From the NCBI GenBank assembly GCA_951406725.2, contig OX597818.1:60946001-61010000 (forward strand): DNA of 64,000 nt, in the 5' to 3' direction. A program made the position numbers and the translations under genes. Of the stretch, positions 24,894 to 38,054 are shown one piece after another; position 1 is the first letter of the stretch; every line of letters begins with the position of its first letter. The DNA comes from Octopus vulgaris. Its lineage: Eukaryota. The notes beneath the pieces were generated by a model that had not been told where the DNA came from, ran no database searches, and saw only the letters and a list, made by a program, of their open reading frames with translations.

Positions 24894-25419
24894 CTTATTC
24901 CATTGGTCGCTTTTGCCTAACCACTAAGTTATAGGGGCATAAACACCAACACCACCTGTCAAACAGTGGTGGTGGGTAAACAAACACACACACACACACA
25001 AAGGTACACCATGGCTGTGTGGTAGGAAGTTTACTTCTGGGTTCAGTCCCACTGTGTGATACCTAGGACGAGTGTCTTCTATAGTCTTGGGCTGACCAAA
25101 GCCGAGTGGATTTGGTAGACGGAAACTGAAAGAAGCCTATCACATATATATGTTTATGTGTCTGTGTTTGTCCCCCTACAACATCACTTGACAACCAATG
25201 TTAGTGTGTTTACATCCCCATAACTTAGCAGTTTGGGAAAAGAAACTGATTGAATAAGTACTAGACGTTACAAGGAATAAGTCGATTTCTTTAACTAAAT
25301 GCAGTGCTCTAGCATGGCTGAACCACTAATTTACAAACACACACACACATATATATGTGTATATGTGTGTGTGTGTATATATATATATATATTTATATAT
25401 ATACAAACACACACATATC

Positions 25420-25630
25420 GTCATCATTGTTTAATGTCCATTTTCCATGCTGGCATGGGTTGGACGGTTTGACTGAGGTCTAGAGAGCCAATGGCTGCAC
25501 CAGGCTCCAATCTTGATCTGGCAGAGTTTCTGCAGCTGGATGCCCTTCCTAACGCCAACCACTCCGAGAGTGTAGTGGGTGCTTTTTACGTGCCACTGGC
25601 ACAGGGGCCAGTCAGACGGTCCTGGCATCG
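25420..25630 (-). mobile_element. RTE-type LINE/SINE 3' tail (also ~29693-29783, 35150-35330, 49470-49640, 57025-57285, 57803-58245, 62717-63150 on -; ~50715-51072, 61686-61828, 63775-64000 on +)
   Basis: ggatgcccttcctaacgccaacc motif and (cat)n tail; same tail follows the RTE ORF remnant at 45804. Confidence 0.8.
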
Positions 25631-25688
<58 letters not shown>

Positions 25689-26004
25689 GAATCCAAACAT
25701 GAAAACACAAAGAGAAAACACAACAACGCTAGAACGTTGAACAAGTATAGTGTTATTGGATGCTCAGGAAAGGAAAGAAAAATAAAAAAAAATATATATA
25801 TATATATATAGGAATGAACAATTTTAAATGCTGTTGGATTTTTCTCATAAGGTATTGCAATCTTACATATATACCATTCTGCCTAAAAAATGAATCTACA
25901 AATTCAATATCCCTACATATCTCACATCTGTTTTCTTTCCTCCACCTCACTCTCGATTTTGTATCCCATCTAAATTAATTATTTCTTAACCATCCTCTCA
26001 CACC

Positions 26005-26056
26005 GTCTCCGATGAAGGGATGTAATTAATAAATATCCTGGAAACAGCTGTAAGAC
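26005..26056 (+). ncRNA. Hammerhead ribozyme-like motif in a Penelope-like tail
   Basis: GUCU CCGAUGA AGGGAU...AUCCU G GAAA CAGCUG UA AGAC: stem I GUCU/AGAC, palindromic stem III, GUA site; U-to-C core variant. Confidence 0.65.
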
Positions 26057-27300
26057 CTATAAATGTTCTAATATCTACACAGCTTTGGGTTTTTTATGTC
26101 ATGTAAAATATACTTATATATATATATATAATATTATTAGTGAATTGAAGAAATTGAATTGAATTGGTGAATTCAATAATATTCACTAATAATATTAAAA
26201 TTCAATTATCCGCACCAATGCACGGTTGCAACACCATATGGTTGTACCTCCAACCGTGCTGTCTTCTGCTGTGATTTTTGCTACCAAGGTATCGGTTAAA
26301 CTTTTGATTAATCTGCAACAAGATTATTCATCTTCCTATTTCACAAAATATATATATATATATACATATATACACAATGGGCTTTTTTCAGTTTCCATCT
26401 ACCTAATCCACTCACAAGACCTTGATCAGCTAAAGTGGGACTGAACCTGGAACCATTTGCTTGGGAAATAAGCTTCTAGCCACACAGCCACACCTGCATC
26501 TAAATATTTCCAAATATTCTTTTAAAATTAGGAGATTTCTAGCCCTCATTGATATGCCAGATTTACTGAGTTAATATTCGAACACTTGCTCTTCTCATGC
26601 TAGCTTGGTCATGCATGTAGTTACGATACTGCAACCACGGTTACCAAATTAAACTCACGAGATACTGAAATTGCTTGGATAGAAAATTTAGAATCTCACC
26701 ACAAGAAAATAGCACAATGCAAGTTTAGATTGCCTGAAAGCAGAACTTGAATCACCTTAATATAGTTAGATTCCATGTTGCTTCAAGTAGATAAATGCTG
26801 CTAGATTAAGGTTGAGAGAATATATATAAAATTGGAGCTGTAACGGAGCGGGGGGGATGTAGGTAAATTGGCAATATGAAATAAAGTTGGAGTTCAGCTG
26901 TTGCCAGAGGCAATCCTTCAGTGTTGCCGTTTATAAATTTATGATCCCTAAAAGGTTATATTACACTGAATTTGGGAAATATGCTGCTACTTTGAAATTG
27001 GAAAAAAAAAAAAAAAAAAGAAAAAAAAAACCCCAGAAAAACTATTAGTTTAGAGAAATATATGCACATAAATATATCAGTGTATGTGTGTATAAATATA
27101 TTTATGTATATATGTGTTTGGATGTGAATGTAGATACTGATATGCATGTATATTTGCGTGTGTTTGTATGTACGTATGTATGTATGAATGTATTACAAAT
27201 TTCAACTTCTAATGCCCTTAATAGCAAATAACTGCTTGCTAACCATTTTAATGGTAATGTCAGTATATTTTAGGACAGAACATAATATATATATATGTAG

Positions 27301-27334
<34 letters not shown>

Positions 27335-27338
27335 GTAG

Positions 27339-27370
<32 letters not shown>

Positions 27371-27639
27371 ATATATATATATATATATATGTATGTGTAG
27401 ATATATATATATATATGTATGTATGTGTAGATATATATATATATATATATGTATGTGTAGATATATATATATATATGTGTGTAGATATATATATGTATGT
27501 GTAGATATATATATATATATGTATGTATGTGTAGATATATATATATATGTATGTATGTGTAGATATATATATATATATATGTATGTGTAGATATATATAT
27601 ATATATGTGTGTAGATTTTATATATATATGTATGTGTAG

Positions 27640-27670
<31 letters not shown>

Positions 27671-27679
27671 CGTATATAT

Positions 27680-28072
27680 ACTCTTTTACTTGTTTCAGTC
27701 ATTTGACTGCGGCCATGCTGGAGCACCGCCTTTAGTCGAGCAAATCGACCCCGGGACTTATTCTTTGTAAGCCCAGTACTTATTCTATCGGTCTCTTTTG
27801 CCGAACCGCTAAGTGACGGGGACGTAAACACACCAGCATCGGTTGTCAAGCAATACTAGGGGGACAAACACAAACACACACATATATATATATACGTATA
27901 CATATATACGACAAGCTTCTTTCAGTTTCCATCTACCAAATCCACTCACAAGGCATTGGTCGGCCTGGGGCTATAGCAGAAGACACTTGCCCCAAGATGC
28001 CACGCAGTGGGACTGAACCCGGAACCATGTGGTCAGTTAGCAAGCTACTTACCACACAGCCACTCCTGCGCC
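27680..28072 (-). mobile_element. Full-length CORE-like SINE (others ~25010-25320, 40415-41010, 47307-47710, 54700-55090)
   Basis: Reverse complement of the 12808-13210 family. Confidence 0.85.
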
Positions 28073-28552
28073 TACGTGATATATATATATATATATAACA
28101 TACCTGAATATATCCAGTGATATCAACTTCCTGTATCATTCAGTTTTCATTCACCTTCTCTCGTCTCATTCATCCGTTTATGAAGCATTGGTATGTGTGG
28201 GTGGTTGCATGTGTATTTATATAATTCCATTAAATATTTAGGTTTTTTTGTGTGTGTTTGTTTATGTTGTACGTTGAACCCTCAACACTAATTATGTAAT
28301 ATACACAAAAAAAAAAGAAATAATAAATTTATTTTCAGTACATCTGCAAAATAACAATCCATATAATTCTGATTATAGCTCATTTCCATAAGTTAATTTA
28401 TAAATTATATATATATATTTTTTTTAAATGTTGATGTTGCAAATTTGATCGCTCTTGCAAAACTAATTGCCTAGCAAATTAAAATTGTGTTTTTGTTATT
28501 TTGTTTATTTCCCTGAATTACCATCTTCTTGGTTACATTGTCATATCAACAG

Positions 28553-28569
28553 TGATACACCTGGATCAG
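28553..28569 (+). other. Candidate 17-nt microexon
   Basis: T-rich upstream tract, caacag|TGATACACCTGGATCAG|gtaagg. Confidence 0.3.
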
Positions 28570-28832
28570 GTAAGGCGAGATTTGGGCTTTGCAGACGATT
28601 ACCAGAAACACACCCTGCTGGCTCGGGGTCTTTTAGTTTCGACTTATTTAAGTCATTTCACTGCGGCCATGCTGGGGCACCGCCTTGAAGGACTTTTTGG
28701 TTGAATATATTTTATTTTTGTTTTTGTTTGAAGTCTGGTATTTATTCTGTTGTTCTCTTTTGCTGAACTGCTAAGTTATGAGGGACATAAGCACATCAAC
28801 ACCAGTTGTCAATCAAACTGTCCAACCCATGT

Positions 28833-29195
<363 letters not shown>

Positions 29196-29224
29196 GTATA
29201 TGTATATACATATATATACATACA

Positions 29225-29277
<53 letters not shown>

Positions 29278-29574
29278 GGAGGCATATGGCCTAGTGGTTA
29301 GAGCAGTGGACTTGCAGTCAAGGGATTGTGGGTTCGAATCTCAGACTGGATGATGTGTGTGTTTATGAGTGAAACAGCTAAGCTTCATGCGGTTGCAGCA
29401 GAAGGTAATGGCGAAACTTCTACTGCCTCTTTCTCCACAACTTTCTCTCACCCTTTCCTCCTGCATCTTGCAGCTCACCTGCGATGGACCGGCGTCCCAT
29501 CCAGGTGGGGAACCTATACTCTAAAAAACTGGGAAACTGGCCCTTATGAGCCAGGCATAGCTCGAGAAGGAACA

Positions 29575-29578
<4 letters not shown>
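29278..29578 (+). mobile_element. tRNA-derived SINE with V-domain-like core
   Basis: tggcctagtggttag / gggttcgaatc boxes; cctgcgatggaccggcgtcccatccagg. Confidence 0.7.
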
Positions 29579-29638
<60 letters not shown>

Positions 29639-29826
29639 TGTGTGTGTAGAAAAACTGTTGAATTCAGAGAATCAAGCAGCATTTTACATATATCATCATC
29701 ATCATCATCGTTTAACATCCGTTTTCCATGCTAGCATGGGTTGGACGGTTTGACCGGGGACTGGGAAGCCAGGAGGCTGCACCATGTACTTATGTACGTA
29801 TATATGTATATATATACATACATAAG

Positions 29827-29866
<40 letters not shown>

Positions 29867-29874
29867 TGTACATA

Positions 29875-29913
<39 letters not shown>

Positions 29914-29924
29914 GCATGTACATA

Positions 29925-29961
<37 letters not shown>

Positions 29962-29978
29962 GCATGTACGTATGTATA

Positions 29979-30024
<46 letters not shown>

Positions 30025-30909
30025 CGTATGTATATGTGTGTGTATATATATATATATATATGTGCATGTACGTATGTATATGTGTGTATATATTTATATA
30101 TATATGCATGTACATATGTATATGTGTGTATATATATATATATGCATGTACGTATGTATATGTGTGTATATATATATATATATGCATGTACGTATGTATA
30201 TGTGTGTATATATATATATATGCATGTACGTATGTATGTGTTTATGTAAATATATACAATATTGTACTTATTATTGCTCTCAATTTGGTTTTCCCTTTTA
30301 CTGACCTCGTTGGCTTATCACTCTGCAACAACAAGCAATTATTTTTGGTCTAATTGGGAAATATTTAGCCATATTATATTCGTCTGCCATTCTATCAATC
30401 TTTCCACACACACACACACACACACATGTCGGATATGTACATAAGCAACAACCTCCAGTACAGAATGGAAGAAACTACATAGAAACGACATGCTACATTC
30501 ACAAATAATTCATTATTTTACATAATTAACTACAAAGATTAATTAAACTGATAATAATTACTCTTTTATGGTATATTTTGTAAACACAGTGAAACTTCCC
30601 GCTCCATACATTCCACTCACTCGCACTGCTTGTTACTTTAGTATGCAGCAACCAGCTTCCATACACGCCATTTACCCATGGTGGCACAGCTTCTTCTTAT
30701 TCTCAGGTCTTGGCTTATTCTACTGAGACATTTATGCACATCAACATTAGATATCCATCAGGCCATGCCAGCTTTATTTCTTTATAGTTTTTAAAAAAAA
30801 AAAGTTTTGGTGTTCAACACCCGTTTCTGTCTACCATGCAATGTTGCAGTTGCAACACAGGCGGCATACTACCTGCCCTTCACTCTGAATGGGAAATCCT
30901 TTTGGTGTT

Positions 30910-31077
30910 AAAAGCACTGGCAACGGTGCCATGGAAAAAGCACTGGCAATGGTGCCCCATAAAGTGCATTGGCAATGGTGCCACAGAAAGAGCACTGGCG
31001 ACAGTGCCACAGAAAGAGCGCTGGTGGCACCAAAAAAATCACTGGTGATGGTGCCATGGAAAAAGCACTGGTGATGG
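30910..31077. repeat. Degenerate ~26-bp minisatellite (agcactggcaatggtgccatggaaaa)
   Basis: About six copies by eye. Confidence 0.8.
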
Positions 31078-31701
31078 CTTTATATATTATATAAAGGAAT
31101 AGGGATTTGTAATCCAGGCAAGTACCTTATTAGCACTCTGATATAATCCAGATCTGGCTAACCACATTGAATGATTGGGAACAGAAAGTATTGCTTAAGA
31201 TAGACACTTCACTCAATATTTTACTTCATTGGACTTCAAATAGCATACAGATGACTTGATGTTTTGACTGTATTCTCCGTATGAAATTTCCTGAGAATAA
31301 TAATACCGTACAAAACAAATTTCGAGAATGTATAATTCTCCATTCTTTCTTGTGAAGATACAATGCCCGGTACAGGGTCCACTGGGGACAGTGAATCAAT
31401 GAATTTTCCCCACCACCTTGGCTTGATGGTTAACTCCGCTTCACCTGTAATGCATAACAATTGATTCTACAGCATCTCACCTGAAAGGTATGGAAAGATG
31501 ATGGGTTAAAATAATCAGAGTGGTTCTGAATAAAAAGTCTCATGAATTTCCATCTAAGAAACCCACTTACAAGGTTTTGGTATCTTTTCGTTACAACTCT
31601 AAATCTCATTCTTTCTATTTTCTATTAATTACTTTTATTTGTACTTACCATTCCAATATTCCATGATTAATTGAAATATGTTAAAGCTTACTTACATAGA
31701 C

Positions 31702-31965
31702 GAAATTTGAACTCAGAACGTAACAGCAGACGAAATACCTATTTCTTTACTACCCACAAGGGGCTAAACACAGAGAGGGAAAACAAGGACAGACAAATGG
31801 ATTAAGTCGATTACATCGACCCCAGTGCGTAACTGGTACTTAATTTATCGACCCCCGAAAGGATGAAAGGCACAGTCAACCTCGGCGGAATTTGAACTCA
31901 GAACGTAATGGCAGACGAAACGCATTTCGCCCGACGCGCTAACGTTTCTGCCACCTCACTGCCTT
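31702..31965 (-). mobile_element. SINE with 14-bp TSD
   Basis: ttacttacatagac at 31688-31701 and 31966-31979. Confidence 0.85.
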
Positions 31966-33246
31966 TTACTTACATAGACATTACATACCATTAAGAAAAT
32001 TAACCATTTATTTGGCTGATGATATTCTGTTGACCCTAGTAGAAGACCCCCTTGTGGGATTTGAACTGGGAAATTTGAAGACTCTGACTAAATCCATCAT
32101 GTTATTCTGATAGTGCTCCCCTATTTTAACAGTTTCTACTATTCTGGTGCTGAAGCATGGCCTGGGTGAAAATGGTTAAAATAAAGTAAAGAATAAATGA
32201 GAAAACATACATTATAAATATTATTCTATAGAAAACGAACAATCACCCAGCGTGTGTGAACCTGAACAGAGAGAGAAAGCGTTGCAGAGAGAGAGAGACA
32301 TCTGTTGCTTGAAGAGGTTATATTTTAGCCTCTCATACTTAATAATTCTGAAAACTCTAATTAAAAGTTTTAATGAGACAAGAGATGTATAGATTCGGTA
32401 TCATGTGGTTATAATGCCTAATGCAGGTCTCTAATTAGTACCTTTAGTAAAATGTTTTTAAGAAAAAAAAAATGGAAATTTTTCTTTTTTTTTTTTTTTA
32501 AATGTTACTGAAAATATAATTTTGTGTTATGTTTACTTGTAGTTACGGCTTTAAAGATTTAAGAAACTATCTCGCTGTTGTCTTTTAGCTTTTCTGTAAA
32601 GCATAAATATAAAACCATGTAGTGATCACCAAACGGACTGAAAGCTGCATTTTTTTTTTCTTATTATAACAGCCTCACCAGTCACTAAGAAATGTTTGAA
32701 AGATTTTTCCAGGTTTTATTTTCTCGCATCTGACTGCTAATTAATGCATTGATAGATAAACCTATTCTAATTAATAGTTGAAATGGCTAGCTGCAATCAA
32801 AATGCCTCATTTTTTTTTGTAGTCTGGCAGAATCTAAAACTGCGTTTTATTTTTTAACCCTACGGTGCTTAAATATGGTTAAGAAAAGACTCGGCTGAAG
32901 AATGAACAGACATAATTGCCAAAAATATACTTCAGCTCAATCCGAAAAACAGAAAAACCCAGGTGGTAATATAAGAATCTACCTGTGTTAATGGGAATTA
33001 AAGCAAGCGATTTGGAAAGAAACGGAAAGCTCTTTAGTCTGAATGTCTCCAGCCTAGTCTACCTTTTTTGCAGACTTCCATGCCGGTCATTATGTGGGTG
33101 TGTGTGTGTGTGTGTGTGTGTAACATTAATTCAGGTATGTGTGTGTGTGTGCATATATATGTATACACACATATAGATGTATATTTGTGTGCATGCATAT
33201 ATATGAATGTATACACATGTACATTACACACATCTATATATATGTA

Positions 33247-33300
<54 letters not shown>

Positions 33301-33566
33301 GCATTTGTACATGTATATATATATATATATATATGCATTTGTACATGTATATATATGTACTTGTATATATATATATGTACATGTATATATGTGTGTACAT
33401 ATGTGTACGTATACACACACATATATGTACATATACATATATGGATATATATACGTGTGTGTGTGCGCATGCATATATGTACATACACACACACACATGC
33501 GTGTGCTTGCGTATATATGTATATATGTACATATATGTGCAACCATTAATCCAGACAGGATTTCTC

Positions 33567-33628
<62 letters not shown>

Positions 33629-34231
33629 ATTTTCCTCCTCTTTCCATTTCCATCTCTTTTCTCTCTTCTTTCCTTTTTGTAGAATAGTGTCGGCTTTGAA
33701 ACATCAAAGCTTCTTCCATTTTTTTCTGAGCATCAAACTAACACACCTTGTTCATTGTTCCCTCACCTGTTTGTTTTGTTGTTTTTTGTATTGTATAAAT
33801 GTGTGTGTGTATGTATATTGTATAAATGTGTGTGTGTATGTGTATAAGTGTGGCTGTATGGTTAAGAAGATCGCTTCCCAATCATGTCGGTCAGTCACAC
33901 TGGGCAGTACATTAGATTACTTCTGCTATAGACCTGGGTCAACTAAAACCTTAGGAATGAATTTGGCAGATGGAAACTGAAAGAAGCCTGTTGTGGGTTT
34001 TTGTATGTGTATGCATTTTAGACATCAAATGATGGTTATAAATGCGCACCATCATCGTACAAGCTTGACTGTTTTTCATTTCCAGTATACCATGAAAAAT
34101 AGGTCTTGTAGCCAGAAAATATTGCCATGCTTGGAAACGGATGAAAGCACCCAACTAGAACATCTGCTACAAGAAATTCTAACTCATGCAAGCATTGAAA
34201 AAGTGGATGTTAAAAATTTTATATATATATA

Positions 34232-34991
34232 CTCTTGCGTCAGAAATTAATTAGCACTTCTCAAATTTCTACATTAAATAGGTTAAATCAATTAACCTAT
34301 GAGCTGTTCAAAACGTCTTACGCGATGAGAAAACTTAGTATGGTGTGATTTCGGTCCTTGCGAGGCGCTACCTATATCTATTAAACAAAGGAAGATTTGT
34401 CTGCATCCGCACTCCAAGTTGTTGCACTGCTATGTCAACATCATAAGGCTGTAGACTCTCAAACTGCTCTGCAAACAAAGTTACGTCATTGTTCTGCGCA
34501 ACAGTGAACTCGCAACAAAGCAATAGTTCGAGATATGGCCACTAGGTGACAGCACATACCTTGAGTGAAGAGCAAATCAAGGGTGCTAATTAATTTCTGA
34601 CGGTAATCTCTCTCTATATAAACGGCAGTTTGTCTGTGTGTGTTTCTGTGTGTCTGTTTGGTTGTACCCTCACCCTGACCACGGCTTTCAACCGATTCTG
34701 ATGAAACTTGACACACACATAGCCCAATGTCATAATTCAAAACTAACGCAGCGAAAATTTTGAAAAGTTCCCCCAGTTCTGAAAAAAATCGATAAATTCG
34801 ACATGGGGTCGAGAATTAGAAACACAAACCACAGACTGTCTAGGGGACGCAACTCGACCTTTTTTAACTCAAAAAAATTTTACTATCATTTTGTTTCCAT
34901 TTTTTTGCTATTTTTTGGCTATAACTCTCTAAAAATGCTTTATAGTTATTTCCCTTACAAACCTGAGCAACGCCGGGCGATACTGCTAGTG
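34232..34991. mobile_element. Tc1-like MITE whose right TIR is interrupted by a Helitron
   Basis: cgtcagaaattaattagcac 34238-34257 / gtgctaattaatttctgacg 34583-34602; terminal TG|TA lies after the Helitron. Confidence 0.7.
34607..34989 (+). mobile_element. Non-autonomous Helitron
   Basis: A|TC ... gagcaacgccgggcgatactgCTAG|T. Confidence 0.85.
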
Positions 34992-35110
34992 TATGTATAA
35001 TTGTTGTGGTAATATAAATTTTTTAGTTGGTACATTCTGTACAGATGAAATACCGCTAAGCATTTCCCCCAGTGTACTAATGTTTCTGCTAGCACTCCAC
35101 CCTGATGTAA

Positions 35111-35147
<37 letters not shown>

Positions 35148-35400
35148 TAATCATCATCGTTTAATGTCCGTTTTCCATGCTAGCATGGGTTGGACGGTTC
35201 GAATGGGGTCTGGGAAGCCAGGAGGCTGCACCATTCTCCAGTCTGATCTGGCAGTATTTCTACAGCTTGATGCCTTTCCTAACGCCAACCACTGCATGAA
35301 TGTAGTGGGTGCTTTTTATGTGCCACCTGCTCAGAAATATATATATATATAAAAATAAATATGTTTATATATACATTTATATATGTATCATCATCATTGT

Positions 35401-35459
<59 letters not shown>

Positions 35460-35510
35460 AATACATAAATAAATGGAGTTAAACGCAGGTATTATTCAAA
35501 TTCTTTTACT

Positions 35511-35591
35511 TCTGACACGTTTCGAAGATGTCATTGGTATTATTCCAAAGGCCTAAAATGGTGTAAAGCAATGTAATCTTTTCTTCAGGGA
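35511..35591 (-). ncRNA. Degenerate hammerhead-like motif with long stem II
   Basis: CUGAAGA ... aagau..cauug/caaug..aucuu ... CGAAAC GU GUC; stem I weak. Confidence 0.45.
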
Positions 35592-36109
35592 TCTGAAGAA
35601 ATAAAACTCGTCAATAAGACATTTTAACAGAATATGATGGATATGTAAAGTGATGAACTGAACGCTATTAAGTTTTTTAAAAAAAAACGTTAGAGGATAT
35701 AATGTCAAAGGTAGCCTATAGAAAGTGGAAGGTTAAAGGAAACACAGTTATAGAGTGTGTTTACCAATGTAAATATTGGCATAAACACACCTTTAGTTCA
35801 TATATGTAATATCTACCATAATGTATAATTTAATCATTGATTTTCTTCTTACATTTCACTTCTACCAGATATATCTTGTTCCAAGACTTTAGGGTTTTAT
35901 TCAATTTACATATTTCTCATTTGGTTTCTGATTTATTTTATCCCTACTTCAAAAGTAAAATGTATTTATTATCTGTTTCCAAATAGGAAACATATAAAAG
36001 TAGTGTTACACAAACAGTAACCAAACCGGCTGTAAAAATACATATGTTTATATATGTGTATATTATGCCAAGGAGGCTCCTTAGAGGAAATATGTAGGAT
36101 CTGTTACCT

Positions 36110-36625
36110 AGGTTACCTAATTAGCAATGGAGGTTGTTCTGAAAGTAAATTTGCCAGAATAGGATGGAAGAAGTTTAGAGAGATGTTATGGCTTTGAATG
36201 GAGGACAGATTGTATGATGTTTCTGTGTAAACTGCAATGCTACATGGTAGTGAGTCATGAGCTCTGAATGTAGGAGACAGGCGAAGACTAGAGAGATATG
36301 AAGCTAATATCTTCCTTTGGCCGTGCAAAGTCAGGGTGTTTGTATGACGAGATTCAAATGTATTGAGAGAAAAATTGGGCATAAGAGAAATCAGCTGTTG
36401 CATGCAAAAGAGAAATCTGTGCTGGAATGGTCCAGTGATGTGCATGGAAGAAAGCGACTACATAAAGATATACCAATTGCTAAGAATGTACAGAAATTAT
36501 ACAAGAGGAAAACCCAAGAAGATATAGGTTTAAGCAATGAAGGGTGATCTGAAGACGCTGGACCTTATGGAGAAGATGACAACCAAAATTATTAGCAATT
36601 TGTGGGTTCAAGAAGACCCATTTGT
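36110..36625 (+). pseudogene. RTE-clade LINE RT C-terminal remnant
   Basis: GWKKFRE...RLYD...TAMLHGSES*AL...RRLERYE with stops/frameshifts. Confidence 0.75.
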
Positions 36626-37330
36626 CACAATGTAAATGCAACTCTAAAAGTATTATGCTTATGTCTATACATTAACTGGGCCCTGCATCCAATCCATCTC
36701 TGTCAAACCTTCCTCACCTCTCATCTTCTTAATACCCATCCCTTCATCACTCTCCTTACTACGGCACTGTACAACTGTTGTCATATGAGAATAGGATTTA
36801 CTCATGTTTCCTACTCTTTTGTTGTTACCTCCCCTTGGAACCATGCCTTTTCCAAATTTATCACTCCTTCCCATATCACAGTATCTCTCCTTCCCAATTT
36901 ATTTTCCAGCAATCACTCCTTCCTGTACCTCCAGTCATCTTACTCTCTCCTTCGAGTTTCATCTTAGGACTACTATACCCTTGGTATTTTTCTCAGTGTT
37001 CTGTTGTGACCCAGCTATTCTTTATAACATCATTAAATATACATTGTTCTTAACAACGAAGAGACCCATAAACCACAATCAATCCTTCAATTTTAAACTC
37101 CTCATCCTATCATCACAACATTATTATTTACCCCGTAAATATTATTCCAGAACTTTGTTATAGAACAATTCCATTATCCTTGATACTCTTTGGTGTATAT
37201 AACAAAAGCTATAGTTAAGACAGAGATTCCCACAAAAAGGGATTATACAGGCAACAATGTGGGCAAGCACAGCAGAGGGCCAGAGAGGTGAAGAGGAACA
37301 AAGAGAGACACAGACAACAAGACCTTTTAA

Positions 37331-38054
37331 TCTTTTCATTACTGTACATCTTTTTGAGATGCTCTGTGTTTCTTTCAATTAATTTTAAATATAACAAAGA
37401 ATTTAGTAAAATAACTTAGTTATCATTCAGCAAATGTTAGAAACATAAATTGTGACTAGGGTTTGGTGGAAGATTTTAATTTAAAATTTATGAAAACAAG
37501 ACATTTATACTATAGAGCCAGGGGTGGTTTCAGCCGGGTTGGTAACGAAAGGGTTAAGAATTGTTTCTCTATTATATATTTTAACCCTTTCATTACTGTA
37601 TTTCTGTTGAGAAGCTCTGTCTTTCTTTCAATTAATTTTAAATATAACAAAGAATTTAGTAAAATAACTTAGTTATCATTAAGCTAGAGTTAGGAATATA
37701 AATTGTGACTAAGGTTTGGTGGAAGATTTTAATTCAAAATTTATGAAAAGACATTTGTACTTCAGAGCCAGAGGTGGTTTCAGCCGAGTTGGTAACGAAA
37801 CGGTTATGAATTATTTCTATTATATATTTTAACCCTTTTATTACCATATATCTGTTGAGATGCTCTGTGTTTCTTTCAATTAATTTTAAATATAACAAAG
37901 AATTTAGTAAAATAACTTGGTTATCATTAAGCTAGTGTTAGGAACATAAATTGTGACTCAGGTTTGGTGGAAGATTTTAATTCAGAACTTATGGAAACAA
38001 GACATTTATACTACAGAGCTAGGGTCAGTTTCAGCCGGATCGGTATCAAAAGGG
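37331..38054. mobile_element. Three tandem piggyBac-type MITEs (37331-37553, 37585-37803, 37833-38054)
   Basis: TTAA|CCCTTT...AAAGGG|TTAA ends; solo copy at 61980-62199. Confidence 0.85.
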
